From contig OX597814.1 of the NCBI GenBank assembly GCA_951406725.2, positions 119,722,001 through 119,786,000 of the forward strand: a DNA stretch of 64,000 nucleotides, in the 5' to 3' direction. Origin of the DNA: Octopus vulgaris. Its lineage: Eukaryota. The notes below the pieces were generated by a model. The model had not been told where the DNA came from. It did not search any database and was given only the letters and a program-made list of their open reading frames with translations. The translations under genes and the position numbers were made by a program. Shown here piece by piece: positions 27,483 to 42,896 of the stretch; the stretch's first letter is position 1, and each line of letters opens with the position of its first letter.

Positions 27483-28497
27483 CATACACAAATATTTATT
27501 TCAGCTTATGAGAATTTCATGCATGTTTCGCTGATGGAGAATCAATAATCTACACAAGAATATATTCTATTAATATAGTAACACTAGGAAGAAGTCAATG
27601 TTATAAGCAAGGTCAAAGAAAGCAAATACTGACTAAATGGTAAACATTTATCAAAGCAGCAAGCACCAATATTGCAAATATTTGGCAAATATAGGAAAAT
27701 TATCAGCAAACTAAGATTTAATAATGTACTAAGTACCGTAAACTACAATAATGATTGTAATATATTTTAGTGGCGTTGTAAAAGTTTTACTATGGAAATG
27801 GCATATACCCGCATGTATGTGTACACACACACATTATATATATATATATATATATATATATAAGCATCCTTGTTCATAAAATCTCATGACTGCTTTTCCT
27901 AAGCTAAAGTATTGGAGGCTGAAACTACATTGTGTGTATATATATATATATATTATATATATAGACAAACATTTATAATTTATACATATATGTTTGTGTG
28001 TATGTGTACATATCTGTATGTATATATATTTACATATATATGTATATCTATATATAAATATATATGTGTATACATGCATGTGTATATAAACATCTATATG
28101 TGTATGCATCTTTGTGTGTGTATATATATATATGTATATATATATATATGCATCTGTGTGTTTATATATATATATCTCTATATATATGTATGTATATATA
28201 TACACCTATGTTTTTATCAAAATATAAGGAATTTAAAGACAGTCATTTAAATTAAGCTCTAGTGCCTTATAGGCAACTTCTTCGTATACAAACCTATGAT
28301 GTCCTACTCTATGTACACACGTGGTCAATGCTTAGGACCTTTTCAGGGATGTTATCTTCCTCAGCAAACAAAAGAAAAAAAATTCTGAATCCCTCAATTA
28401 AAAAAAAATGTTTTGAATCTTCATGTATAGACATACTGTATGAAGATGTGGAAGAGTGTGTGTGTGTGTGTGTGTGTGAGAAAAAGAGAGAGAGGGC

Positions 28498-28532
<35 letters not shown>

Positions 28533-28838
28533 TGTGTATGTATGAATTTGCGTACATATTCTTGTGTATAGAGAAATAATTATATATGTATATACAAACA
28601 TATGATTATGCATATATATATATATATATACACATGCATATGACTAGATTTACATGCATATATGAATGATGGAATTTGTTTTCCCAAGCATAAATGCATA
28701 TGCAGGCATATGTATAAATATAATGCCTATATTCCTATTCTATTCAATGACTTATAGATTCACCTATCTATTATAAATTCATTATATATATATTGATGCA
28801 TATTTGTGTTACTAAAATTTTTTATAGACACACCGATA

Positions 28839-28903
<65 letters not shown>

Positions 28904-29156
28904 TATGTATGTACTCTGTGTTAATATTCTTACATATATACCCACACATATGTAGGAATGTGTATGTATGATTACATATAGTCATATCCATTTACATGCA
29001 GCTACCCGCTTGCATAATGGGAATATATATCTATATACATCTCCAAAATACTAAATAAGAATCACTGCTATGTATACTTCTGTGGTCTTTTGAATACTTC
29101 CCAGAAGCAGAGATGTAGTTCAACATCCTTTCTTTCATAATTGCTGCTGTAAGTGA

Positions 29157-29198
29157 AATACATCACCCTTTATATATATATATATATATATAAACAGC

Positions 29199-29237
<39 letters not shown>

Positions 29238-29240
29238 AGC

Positions 29241-29277
<37 letters not shown>

Positions 29278-29288
29278 GGTGTTGTTTT
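29157..29288. repeat. Composite repeat: short motif in direct and inverted copies separated by (TA)n
   Basis: aatacatcacccttt-(TA)n-aaacagcaccc-(TA)n-aaacagcaccc-(TA)n-aaagggtgttgtttt. Confidence 0.9.
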
Positions 29289-29417
29289 CTATATATACAC
29301 ACACAAATGATTTTGCTTCCTACACCAGTCTTCGTCTTCAGGGTTTTTTTTCTAAATTTGTACTGTATATATTTATATATACAGACACAGACACAAACCC
29401 GCATCTTTACGTATATC

Positions 29418-29506
<89 letters not shown>

Positions 29507-29600
29507 GTATATTTACATGATATATATATGTGTATATACATCATTCAATTTTGCTACACTTGTAGATGTACTAATATCGTATATGCTTATATTCTCGCTT

Positions 29601-29635
<35 letters not shown>

Positions 29636-30586
29636 GTTGCATATTAACACTTATCTATGTATATATCTATCTACCTACCTACCTACATATCTACCCATAT
29701 ACATACGCTCATGTAGTGATGTGTAAGACAGACAGACAATTGAATCATTTGATAAATAATGTACTTGATCCTCTCCAGATTTTCCATAGCCAAAGCTGAA
29801 CATATACCACGACCTTACTACTTCTGGTTTGGAACTACTTCACTCCTCAATAGCTACTTCCTCACTACACATCACATGTGAGGCCCATAAAGCTGTCCTC
29901 CATGTAATTCTGCGACGATCTTGCTACAGAATCAGCACTATATTCTGTATCCCTAAAAATGAGACCTCGATTTGTTGGAAAATTCTTTGGCAATAATTTA
30001 TATTTTCAGTTTAGCGTTGTGCTGTTTCCTGATTCGGAATATTTTAATAAATAATTGTATTTTCTCTTCTCCTTTTTCTCCTGGAAATCAAGCAACCCCG
30101 ACTATCTAATAGTGTCTTCTCTTAGATCCCTAGCCATAAGTGTACTTCATGCTGTCCCTTCCCCATCTAGTGTTGGTCCTTTACAGTTTTCCTCTTTGCA
30201 GTTTACTATGCAGCGCCTGGTCAAGCGAAGCGGTAACTGCGCGTCATTTTCATGGGTTTGAGGGCTATAATATCTGCGGGCCCGCTTCACCAGTCAGACC
30301 AAGCCGATTACTACTACCACTTGTAATAGTAGTAAAAGAAAATTTTCTATTGATGATTATATAAGTTTTTTTTTATATGCATTATATTTGTTTATATAAG
30401 TCATTTTATTAATAATAATGATGTTAGCGATGATGATCATGAAAGTCGGGAGAGGGATTGATGAGGATGGTGATGGTGACAATGATGACGATGGTAATGC
30501 GGTTAGCAATAAGGAGGTCGAGAATGGTGAAGATGTAAGATTGATGAGTATGTAGACGATAGTGAAGATAGGAATACTTGTCACAA

Positions 30587-30627
<41 letters not shown>

Positions 30628-33600
30628 ATATACGATGTTGATAATGATTGTGTTTGCATTCATGGTGATGATGGGGTTAAAGTTGTTTGAAATTATGGTT
30701 GTTGAAATGATGACTTTCATATACTTATTTATTACTAGAAGTGAAAGCGCTGATTGCTGTGGAGAATTTTCGTAATGCTCTGATATTATTGTATGAGACA
30801 GTGGTGGTAAAGGTGACGTTGTGTTTCTGGTGGGAGTGATAATGATATTGCGCTGTTGGTCGTTATGATAGTGTAGCAGGGTGGTGTATTTTGGTTGCAG
30901 CTATAGTGATGGTGATTGCATTTTGCAGGCTTTTTGTGTACTACCGGCGAGGATACTTCTCGGTAGTGTTAGCGCTGAGTATGAAAGACTATTGTCATGG
31001 AAGCGGTTATGATATTACTGTTAGTGGTGTTGGTAGAGTATGTCATGTACATATTGTTAATGTTGGCTATAATGAATTTGTTGGTAGTTATAGTAAGGAT
31101 TGTAGATGGGTATTTTGGTGATGACTATTACATTGTTATTGGTGATTATATATGAGTTGTGTGGGTGATAACTATCATTGTGATTTCAAGTATCATAGCT
31201 CTGGTGTCATTGTTGACGCTTATATAAAATTAACCTAGAAGTGGTGTTATAGTTGCCGGTGGAATTGATGTTGATGTTAGTGTTTTCTGCGATTGTTTAT
31301 TATTTTTTTTTATTCATTACAATTTGTACTTGTGTAGGTTTCCTAAGCTATTACTGATCATCTTGTTATTGTTGTATTTATTCTCCCCACTTGCTGCTGC
31401 TGCCGCCTCTGCTGCAGCTTCCGCTACTGCTTCCACTGCTGCTGTTTTTCTATATTATCACATCCTTCTGATGTTACTATTACTAGTGTGGTGGTGTTTT
31501 TGTTTTGTGTCTTGTTGGGTATTGTTATTGTTATGGCGGTGTTTTCTACTCACCTATAGGTATTCTGTTGTTTGAGGCAACGTTGTCTGTCTCGTTGGCC
31601 GTGTAGCATGTAAAAGCTGACGCTATGACAGTGACAACGATAAATACAGCGGCAATTCCATTTGTCATATAGCGAAACATCACCATTGTCTCCGACTTCT
31701 CATCAGTCCACACCTATTTCTTAGGAAGGCATGCTTTTTTTTCTTGTAGGGATTCACCTGTGTGTATCTGTACTTTTATGTATATATAGATATATGTATA
31801 TATGTATGTATTGTGTAGCTGTATGTGTGTGTGTTGATGTGCTAGGTGTATATCTGTATATAGTTGTGTAATAGGTATGAATGTTGTATATCTATCTAGT
31901 ATCTATATGTGAATTATTAAGTAATTAGTGCAAATTTGTGATTTTATTGTTTGTGGCTACTGCAATTTTTGTTTACGTAAGAGTATTGCTGTTGTAATAT
32001 ATATTCATATATATATAAATATAAACATATATAAGTATATACTTATGTATATACGTATGTATATATACCCATATATTTATATAAATATATATATGTCAAC
32101 ATCAGTACATACTTTTTATAACAGTTTAAACATATACTTAAAGTTTTAGTTTTATGAAAATTTATTGCCTTATTGTTGCGCTAATGTAAATTCGGGGCGA
32201 TAACATTAATTTCGCTTATAAAAAGGTATCAAAATACAAGGTGGGTAAATCAATCAGATTCCCTTCTTAACAAACAAGAAGATATTCAGATTCTTTATGA
32301 AAGAAAGTTGCGTTTATCAATATCGATAATAGATATTTGAAAACTTAACGATGTTTAATAGTATTCTAGTGAAATCGATAATTGTTAAGAATTTAAATTA
32401 TTGCTGTCAATTGAAATAAATCTCGAGTGTAGAAAATTCAAGGAATATTTCTTTGTCAATGTGCTTATGTATGATAAACACAGGTAAATTCGTTCTTAGT
32501 TAATTAGCTACACCTTACAATTTACTTCTGATGAAAAAAAGAAAATATTTTATATAGTTATATAAACGTATCTTCTAGGAGTCCCTCAACTTCAACTCCT
32601 TAAACTCACCATTCATCAATGACAATTATATATATATATACATATATAGCTATCAGTACTCTATCGATTCATCTTATTCCGTTCTGCTTTAATACATGTA
32701 TTTTAACCACCATTTAATTATACGGTTCAAAATACTCAACAAATATTACCATATGAAACTGAAAACGGAAGTTCTATACTTTATAATATATTTATGTGGA
32801 AAGTTTATCTGAAATCATTTGTAATGATTGCAGCTGTACTATTTTTCGTGTTTATGCTGTTGTCTAACAATTGTTTGCGTAGTAAATTAATTAATTATAT
32901 ATATATCAATGTAGAGAACAGTGTATAGATTTATATATAGATAGAAAGATTATCACTTATAGTTTATTTTTTATTGATATATGTATATTTCGAGGGAAAC
33001 TAAATTATGTTTATTTCATTGAAACTTTCGAATTCGCAGATGTCGTTACTGCTGCTGTTGTCGCTGTTGCTGCTGTTGCTGCTTTTGCTACTGTTGTTGT
33101 TGTCGCCGCTGTTGTTCTTTTGCCAACAATATTTTGTGCTCCTGCACGTAATTTGTTTATGACAATTACTGATGATGGTGATGCTGATGAGATTAATGCT
33201 TTTATAAATTGCGGTGATGATGCTATGGGTGTAGGCGTTTACATTTTAATGAGATGGTTTAGTTGAAGGATGTTGGGAAGGAGTGATAGATATTTTTAAA
33301 AAAGTGAAATCTATCTTCGAGTTCTCAGTCTGTCTGTCTTTTTACTTTAGTCAATCTATCAGCAAATTCTTTTTTTTACTCGATGTCAAAGTATTGACAA
33401 CATCTACACCAACAACAGCAGCTCACCACACTTTCTACATAGCAATAGCCTTACAACTACAGCAACAACAAGACCACAACAGCGTCACGGAAAGAAAAAC
33501 AAAACAGCAGCGAAAGTGGTAATAATAGCAACAACAACAACAGCAGCAGCTGCAGCAATGGCAAATGACAAAATCTGACAGCAATTTCTAACGCAGCTTG

Positions 33601-34453
33601 TTTTGCGAATGCACTTGCTGCAACTGCTATTGAAAGGAACTAAAACCTCGATAAGTGCGTGTGTATATATACATATATATAGACATATATTATTTATAAT
33701 ACACACGCAAAAATGGGGATAAGTATATATACGTATGTGCGTAGAGGAGTAGATTAATTGTGGTGTGTATTTAAGGCTAATAACACCACGCTACAGCTGC
33801 TGATGTTGCTGTTGTTGATGCTACTGCTGCTACCGTCCTTGCTAATTCTGCTGTCGGTGTTATTCGTGCTTGTTGCGCTGCTGCTGTTGTCGCTGTCAGT
33901 CAAACCTAACACGGTAGTTATGGGTAGTAAATGATTTTCCTTTCTCCCTTAGGTCCTTCCTTCCTCTCTTATATAGGGATGCTTATTTACTAACTTTTCC
34001 CCCTTCTCTTCTATCACTGTATATATTCCGACTTTTTTTTGTTGCTGCTTGTAATAAAACAATATCAATATAAATAATGTCGACACGTCATTCGCATTAG
34101 CTGTTTGCTAAATAATTTGCGATCAGACACATTTGAATGACAATTCCGAAAGGAAGAGAGAGGAAGAAAGCGAAGGCAGTGGAAAAGAAGTTTAATTCAG
34201 GTACAAGAACTTCCCCACAGATGATTGATGTTTCACAATCGCGAAAGAGGTGGGGATCAGCAATCGACAGCGGTGGCAACAACAATAGCAGCAATAACAA
34301 CAATCACAGTAGTAGCAGCAGCAGCAAAACGGCAACAGCAGCAGCGACAACAAAAACAACAATCAACTCTACAAAAATTCTTAATAATCTATAGACACTA
34401 ACTTCCTATTCTTTTTTCAGTCTAATTTCAGTCAGGGTTATTATTGTTATCAA

Positions 34454-34503
<50 letters not shown>
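34454..34503. repeat. (ATT)n microsatellite
   Basis: Pure trinucleotide run; it produces the poly-Tyr ORF. Confidence 0.98.
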
Positions 34504-34504
<1 letters not shown>

Positions 34505-34855
34505 GATGCACAAGTCTACACATATATATTATATTTCTGTCCGTTTCATATTTATTCGAAAATTTCTTAATAATGGGAGGTCTCTTTCTCATCGCTAACA
34601 AAAGATCTACTTTTTTTTTTTTTTTACATCGATTGAAATATTATCTTCAAAGAATGACTCCCTAATCAGCTGTCCCTGTTTCGCTTTTCCTAACCAGTAA
34701 ATGCTGCTAACATTACTGGGGAGAATATTGGGTTGTCTTTCAACTGAAATATTGCAGAAGCATGAAATGTGCCTCCACTACTACAGCTATACAGTTTAAG
34801 CCTATACTGCCACACGCAACACTCAGATGACTACTACACCAGGCACGTGTGCAGC

Positions 34856-34915
<60 letters not shown>

Positions 34916-36022
34916 TACGCACACGTATACAGTATAGCAGATGGAACTATATCATCTAGCTATGGTTACATTTAATAATGAACATATATATAATATATAC
35001 GTGAACAGTAGTAGTAGTTGTAGTAGTGGATTATTTCTAATTGCTTTTTCACACACTCATTTTCCTTCTGCGTTGAGAAGTTGCAGTTCCTTAAAGTCAA
35101 TTGTTAACTTAAGTCTTACATAAATGCGAATTGGAAAACATAGGCAAAAGGCAAGAAAATAATGTATTTAAAAAAGATGGATGTAAATTATGCCTAAAAT
35201 TAGAGAAAGAACACTGTAACCACCATCAATAGCCATAAATGTTTAGAGAGCTGAATACATAAATTGTTGATAATAGAAGTAAGAGATTTTACCGTAGCTT
35301 AAAATACATACTTGGATTTAATAACGAATGTAGTTGTACACGAAAAAAAATAAAGATAACTGAAATATGTGTGTATGTTTCAAGGTGTAAGAGAATTAAC
35401 TAAGCATGCAAGGAGATTGTCAGCCAAACAACCTGTTGTCACACTACAAACTTGCGCATGCCTGCAAGCATAGTTGTGTGCTTAAGAACGTGTTGTCTCA
35501 TATAGGAACGTACTCAGCTCTTCGATTTATGACACGACGTAGAGCAGGAGGTTCGTCATAAAGAAGTGTAGGGAATTCTATCATATGATCGTATGTATTG
35601 ATACTTTAGATGTGGAGGAGTCTCATGTGTGCAGTAAACAAGCATACACGCTTGTATGTAACCACATGGATTCAGTTAAGTAGGTAATTTAGTAAAGGGG
35701 GTGATACATTAAATGATAGATTAAAAATGCATAAAGACAGATTTACGAAACAAATGTTGACACGTGCATCAGGAACTATTGCAGAAAAAAAATGAATTAA
35801 ATTTGAATAAAGTTGACAACCAGTTCTAAGTATATTTATCTCAAAATATATATAATTGTATTCAAAGTGATATTCTAAATAATTATATTAATGATATGAA
35901 TAGTAAACTGTTTTAATGGCTAAAAATTCACAATGAGATGAAAGTTGGAATGGTAGGAAAAGATTGTATAATTTCTTGTATAGTGATGTATTTAAGTATC
36001 TACAGTTAGACGTGATTGCACA

Positions 36023-36062
<40 letters not shown>

Positions 36063-36549
36063 TGCTTGAGAAAAGATGTGTTTTAACAGAAAACTAGAGA
36101 GGGAGAGAGAGATAATAATAATAATATATGGAAGCAACAGCAGCGAAATCTGATCAAGGAAGATAAGTGTGAGATTTTCAATTGTATTTACCCTAAATTA
36201 TTTACCAGAGTAACGAAAAGAACAAGTATGACCAATATGAGGAAGAAAATAATACAAATATACCGGCATTTTAAAATATTGGAATGTCTTTAAAATAATG
36301 ACATTAATGAAAATGATAATTATTTCCTTACGTTAGAAATCTGTGTGAGTGATTTAGAATAGGAAAATGTACTGAAGATTGTGTTAATGGCTAAACAGCA
36401 ACAAGGTGGGAGTTGTAATGGGAAGAAAAAATTGTATATTTTAGACTATGTTGATCTGTTTAAGTGTCTATATTTATATAGATGTGCGTGCACATGGGTA
36501 TATGTTTAAGAAGTGTTTGAACGGAAAGAGAGAGGGAGTGAAATAAATT

Positions 36550-36582
<33 letters not shown>

Positions 36583-38619
36583 AGGAGAGAGAGAGAAATA
36601 TATAAATAATTGTTATCCAGAATAATTTATCATAAAAATATATAAAATATTTCTATATTTATATTAGTGGAAATACTCTTAATTTATATCGCAAACCTTT
36701 CTTATTTATCAAATATACTTTCACTTTCCGTTTGTTTGTATTTTTTTTTAATTATATTTTGAATGCATGTTTGGATTTTAGTGTTGGTGTGTGCGCGCGT
36801 ATGTGTGTGTTGAATAGGTGTTATGGCTATATCACCGCTGTTATTATTACAAGAATACTTGTTGTATATGTTATGTTTGGAGTGTTTGGAGTGTATTATT
36901 TTGTATTTTTTTTTTTATATTTTCTTTCTTTGTTTCTTTGACAGGCCACTGTTATATTTGTAGTTTTTGGTGGTACAAGTTTCGCTTGGATGCATCTGTA
37001 TGCATGCGTCGTCTGGTTGTTGGAACTAAGGTTTACATCCTCGAAATCATTTCGAATATATATCCAATAATTTTGCGGTTGCAATGATATTATAAGAAAT
37101 TTTCGGCTCCACACCGGGTCGTAGGTGGTTCTGTTGGGTAAATTCTCGGTTGCCGTGTTGTACGACGGCAGAAAAACGCCAGCGTGCTGATTCTACCATT
37201 TAGTAAGTAGATACCGCTCGTAACGACCACAGACATGTGTAGTTGGTTTACAACGACAGTTGCTTTACAAAAGGAAGAGGGTGAAAGAGAGAGGGAAACA
37301 ACTGGGGTGAAAGGAAGGAGGAAGTGGTAGATAGAGAGTGGGAGAGATCGAAGTGAAAGACGAACAGCTAAAGTTGGAGAGGGAAAGAGAGAAGGAAGAA
37401 GAACGGGAGAGTAAAGAGATAGTCTTGAAAGTACAGAGAAAATTTGGTGAGTAGGAAGCGACGAGAAGACAGAACTAAGCGATGTGCACGAGTGTATTCC
37501 CATGTATGCAGCAGCGGTGCGTGCGTGTGTAGCGATGTATGCAAGCGTGAGAGAAAGAAAGAGTAAGAGAATGGAAGCTGGAAACAAATTTCGACAAGGA
37601 AAAACAGAGTGCAGTTGAGGGAAGATTTATCAATAATGGAACCAACTATGTTCTCGGCTGTGTGGATGCATGGGTGTACTTATGATTGTACGCGTATGTG
37701 CACACCTATGTGCGTTTGTGTATGTGTGAGTGCGGAGATAATGTCGACAGATATATACTGACTGCACTAACGACAGTGAGGAATAGGAGAATATCTAGAG
37801 ATGTAAAAGAAGAGTGTGGTGGGTGAAAGACGGAGGAAATAAAGAAATAGTAATAGGATGAGAGAGAGGAGACGGGGGCAGTGGAACTGGAAAAACAGGG
37901 GATCGAGTTAGAGTTGGAGAAGGAGACAGAGAAGTTATCATCAAATGAGAAGCTGGAATACGGGCTGAACGTAGCAAACGAATGCACGCATGCGCCACGT
38001 TTGCTGACCGTTTTAGGTTTGAAGTAAGCGCATCGCTTTCACAAATCTAAGGAAACGAAGATATCTATAGATCTCTGGAAAGAAGCAACAACAACAACAA
38101 AAACCAAGGGCAACAACAAGTTAAATATTTCAGCGTAAAAGAGAAGGGGACAGCCGGGAAAATGAAAGAGTGGGGAGTTGCAAACTGCCGAAAGAAATTT
38201 TATTTCGAAAACAACAACAAAAAAAAGAGGTATTTAAAAATGAAAAACAGTTATGGAACATGGTGTTAAAGTGAGGATGACGACACAAATTCGGCCATAT
38301 TTTAATTAGTGGTATCATAACTTGAAGAGACCATCAATCGTTATACAGACATGTGACTATATTCTTCTTGACTAATCCTATCACTTCTATTCTGCTTCTA
38401 GAAATATTTTTGTTCTCTCACTATTTTACAAATCTATCTATCTATGCATCTATGTATTTCGCTATATCACTAAATCTCTCTCATACTCTTTTTCTCTCTG
38501 TCTCTATGCGTGTGCAAACACCAGTGTGTTCTATATAAACATATATACATAAACTGTTTGCATTGTATGAGAGCAAGCATATCTAAATGTATGTACGTGT
38601 GTATATGATTTTAGTATGA

Positions 38620-38650
<31 letters not shown>

Positions 38651-38723
38651 CATATATATACCGTTATGTCAATTTTTATATTTATACGTCCGTATCTGAG
38701 GGGTATAATTCTATTAATTTATC

Positions 38724-38761
<38 letters not shown>

Positions 38762-38965
38762 TTATATTTGTATGAAGTTATTTAACTATGAGTGTGCTCG
38801 CAACTTCAGTATTTTAATTTCGTTCCCTATACAGTTAAATAGCCACTCGCACACGTAGCAAATATGTGTACACATATGTTTCATAAAATGAGCTGTGTTA
38901 CATCATTAAGTTCATTTTTGGAATATGGTCATTCGTGTGTTCTATCTATCTCATAATATATATAT

Positions 38966-39031
<66 letters not shown>

Positions 39032-39283
39032 TTCTATGTATGTGTGCGTATTTTTGCGTGGTAATAAAATAACACTTATGCAAAAGCCAAATATTTTATT
39101 CGCCTGTGTTGTATATATATATACAACTATGCACATATACACGTATACAAAGACATACATTCATACATAAACACGTATACAAAGACATACATTCATACAT
39201 AAACACAGATGTTCTTACATTCATATGTATTTACACATTCAAGCATCCATACACACACACATGCCTGTATGTAAACACACACG

Positions 39284-39331
<48 letters not shown>

Positions 39332-40193
39332 AATAAACATATCTGTGTGTATGAGTATGTGTTATTTTCATTTCAACAATTTTGCTTTTATGCCACTACA
39401 AACTCTACATAGCTGAACGACTACGATAAGTTGGCAGCAGCGCGGCAGAATCAGTTACACAGTGAATATGACATGTCATATTTAGTTATTTCCCTTTACG
39501 TTTAGTGTTCAAATCTTAACGACGTCGAATTTGCACTTTCACTTTTCTAAATTATATTCCACTTGTGCACATTTCTTTTATTTCACACTAGATACAGTAA
39601 AATTGCACGACATTGTTATATCATGGAAAAATAATTTCGTAGATAGGTATGTCAACCTAGAATTGAAGTTGGTGTTGTGATTTTGATCTATGTTTTTTCT
39701 TCGCTAGAAGAATATTTGATTCTGTATAGGAATACATATGCGTATATTAGCATAATGGGAAAATGAGATGCAAATTAGATACATTCATAAGATGTTGCTA
39801 CAAAAACAAGTCGTTGAATATAGTGTGTGTGATGATTTTGTTACCATTACTGCTACGGTAATCATTTGAAGCACTAGATCCCCCCCCCCCTCTCTCTCTC
39901 TCAGGAACACGCACACATATATATATGTTTATATATATGTCCATACATATAAATAGACAGGTTGTTATATAGGTAAATAGCTAGATACACGCATTTCTAT
40001 ACAGTTAAGTGTACAGGTATGTGTAAATTAATTCAGCACTCGTGAACATATACATCCATATTCATACACACAAAGATGTGTACACAATTCTTCTTTATCT
40101 CTGTTTATTTAGATCTATCTGTATATATATATATATATATATATATTCACACACTCACTCAAATGTCTGTGCGTGTGCTCACGCACGTTTGTG

Positions 40194-40238
<45 letters not shown>

Positions 40239-40497
40239 TACATATACATATACATATATATATATATGTATGTATACACATATATGTATATACATTTATA
40301 TATACATACACATGATATATATATATATATATAATGCCTATAGAGACATACTTGTACGAGTATTTATATTAGTATAATGAAATATATAATAGTAAGAAAT
40401 ATGGATTCGGGCATTCATTGTAAATTTGGAATTGTAACAACGGATTTAAATAGGAATAGGCGGGGAATGGGTACTCTCGCAGTAGCAATGCATGGAT

Positions 40498-40535
<38 letters not shown>

Positions 40536-40839
40536 TTTGTAAAGATATTGAAAGAATAATCGACTATATACAGAACATATATAAAATACAAAGCGGTTAG
40601 TTCTAACTGCAGACAGAACATGATTATGGCAAGGAACACGTACATCAGTTTAAATATATTTACTTAACTGGTATTCATTCAAAATACGTGCATGCGTGCA
40701 ATATTATTCTAATACTTCATTGCTTAACATAACTCAGTATACATTTAAACATATAATGAATTCCTGCTTATATAAATATAAATGTATATATACTCATGTG
40801 ATATATAGATTGAGAAACATATAGGCATATTCAAGGACG

Positions 40840-41013
<174 letters not shown>

Positions 41014-41280
41014 CTAAAGCGCATACAAGTGCAGTGTTACGAAAAAAGCCATCATCCAGAAGAAAGCAACCTCAGAAGATGTTTGCTGCGAAATGGGTAC
41101 AAATTCACGGTGATGCCCCAGCATGACTGACACACAAAATAATATAAATTTATGTTTGCATATGCATAAATATTTATGATGATATTTTATTATATACAGT
41201 ATATATATATATATTTATATAATGTATGAACATACAACTGTGTATGGATATGTATATGCTTGAGTGTATGCGCGCGTGTG

Positions 41281-41332
<52 letters not shown>

Positions 41333-42093
41333 TACAGATGGTTGTACATGTGCATGTAGATACGGTTTTATGGCAATATTTTTTACATGCATATATATAT
41401 ATATATATATATATATAGATATATAGGTAGATTGATAGATACATACATAGTCATACACACGCACAGACACACATTATATATATATATATATTAATTATAA
41501 CAATTCCTAAAGACTCCAGGCACATCAATAGGTAAGGCGACAGAAAATGGCTAGGTACAAATACATAGTGCTCTTGGTCAAATGAAACATTGTAGACTTC
41601 AAGTACTCGCAGGATACTGTACATCTGTAAGTATTCATGTTTTAACCCTCGACCTGCTTTGCCAGTGGATCCTTAGTGTGTCGCACATACAAGATAGTTA
41701 GCAGGATTGGTATTTTGAATTTTCGACACCTGCTTCGGTAGAAGTCTCTTTAATATAATGCAGTACATCATCATCAGGTAAAATTTTATCGGTTTAAAAT
41801 TTTAGATGATGTTGAGCTACATCTTTTGATGCAATCTGTGACGACTGTTTTTAATAAAATTCTATCGAAACAGCTGTTATGAATTTTAAACAGCATTCGT
41901 GTTTACTGACATTTATATAGGTTTTTAGTGGATTAGTTCCCCTTTATTACTCAAGATGACGACTGTATTGTTGACTATAATTATGTCGTTGAATTTTCTG
42001 ATAACTTGCTTACAACTTTGAACTTAATACACTTGTAAAGGTTTAATATTTTCTTAATTCGTCTAGGCAGATTCAGGCACAAAATATATTCAT

Positions 42094-42260
42094 TTCTACT
42101 ATAGGAACAGGGCCCGCAGTTTCGGGGGAGGGAACCAGTCAATTAGATCGACCCCAGTAGGCAAATGGTACTTAATGTATCGATGAAATGCTAAGTCGAC
42201 CTCAGAACGTAAAAACAAACGAAATACCGCTCAGCATTTCATTAGACATGCTAACGTTTC
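42094..42260 (-). mobile_element. Older, internally deleted SINE family B copy
   Basis: gatcgaccccagtaggcaaatggtactta...aagtcgacctcagaacgtaa...catgctaacgtttc. It has the same tail type as the 12169 copy. Confidence 0.7.
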
Positions 42261-42488
42261 TTATTTCTTTACTGCCCACAAGGGGCTACACACAGAAAGG
42301 ACAAACATGGACAAATGGATTAAGTCGATTATATCGACCCCAGTGCGTAACTGGTACTTATTTAATCGACCCCGAAAGGATGAAAGGCAAAGTCGACCTC
42401 GGCGGAATTTGAACTCAGAACGTAACGGCAGAAGAAATACGGCTACGCATTTCACCCGGCGTGCTAACGCTTCTGTCAGCTCACCGCC
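42261..42488 (-). mobile_element. Full-length SINE family B copy
   Basis: Reverse-complement match to 7377-7604, including the tail type. Confidence 0.9.
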
Positions 42489-42545
42489 TTAGACACAAAA
42501 TGTATCAGTTGCTGAACTGTACAACAAAATATAGTAACTTTTCTC

Positions 42546-42896
42546 TTTTACGACGACAGTGTATTCACCACTGTATCTTTGGCACGCAGGAACTTGTGAG
42601 GCCATTGTTATGACACGTTGTATCATGTTAGTCAAAAGGACCCAAACTTTTGAGACTAAACCAAGCCACTGGCTTTGTTTCTACATTCAGCGAACAAGCT
42701 GCTGATTGATGTTAATATCTGCCATCCAATGAAAAGCCGTGTATTCGCTGTAGTTATAAATAAAGACAAAGACTTGATTTAGGCTCAAAGGCCCGGGTAC
42801 TTCTGGCTCACGATGCAGAAGGCGTCGAAAAGCTGTTGAGCTAGAATCAAGTGCAACAACCAGTCAATTTATTTTGAAAACACAGTCGTCGTAAAA
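42546..42896. mobile_element. Possible old MITE bounded by 22-bp imperfect inverted repeats
   Basis: ttttacgacgacagtgtattca (42546-42567) versus tgaaaacacagtcgtcgtaaaa (42875-42896), with 2 mismatches. No clear TSD. Confidence 0.45.

Noticed and set aside
37090-37587. 165-aa minus-strand ORF with a hydrophobic N-terminus
   Set aside because: Its L/S/P/F composition is explained by the CT-rich strand of a purine-skewed tract, and it has no ATG start or domain.
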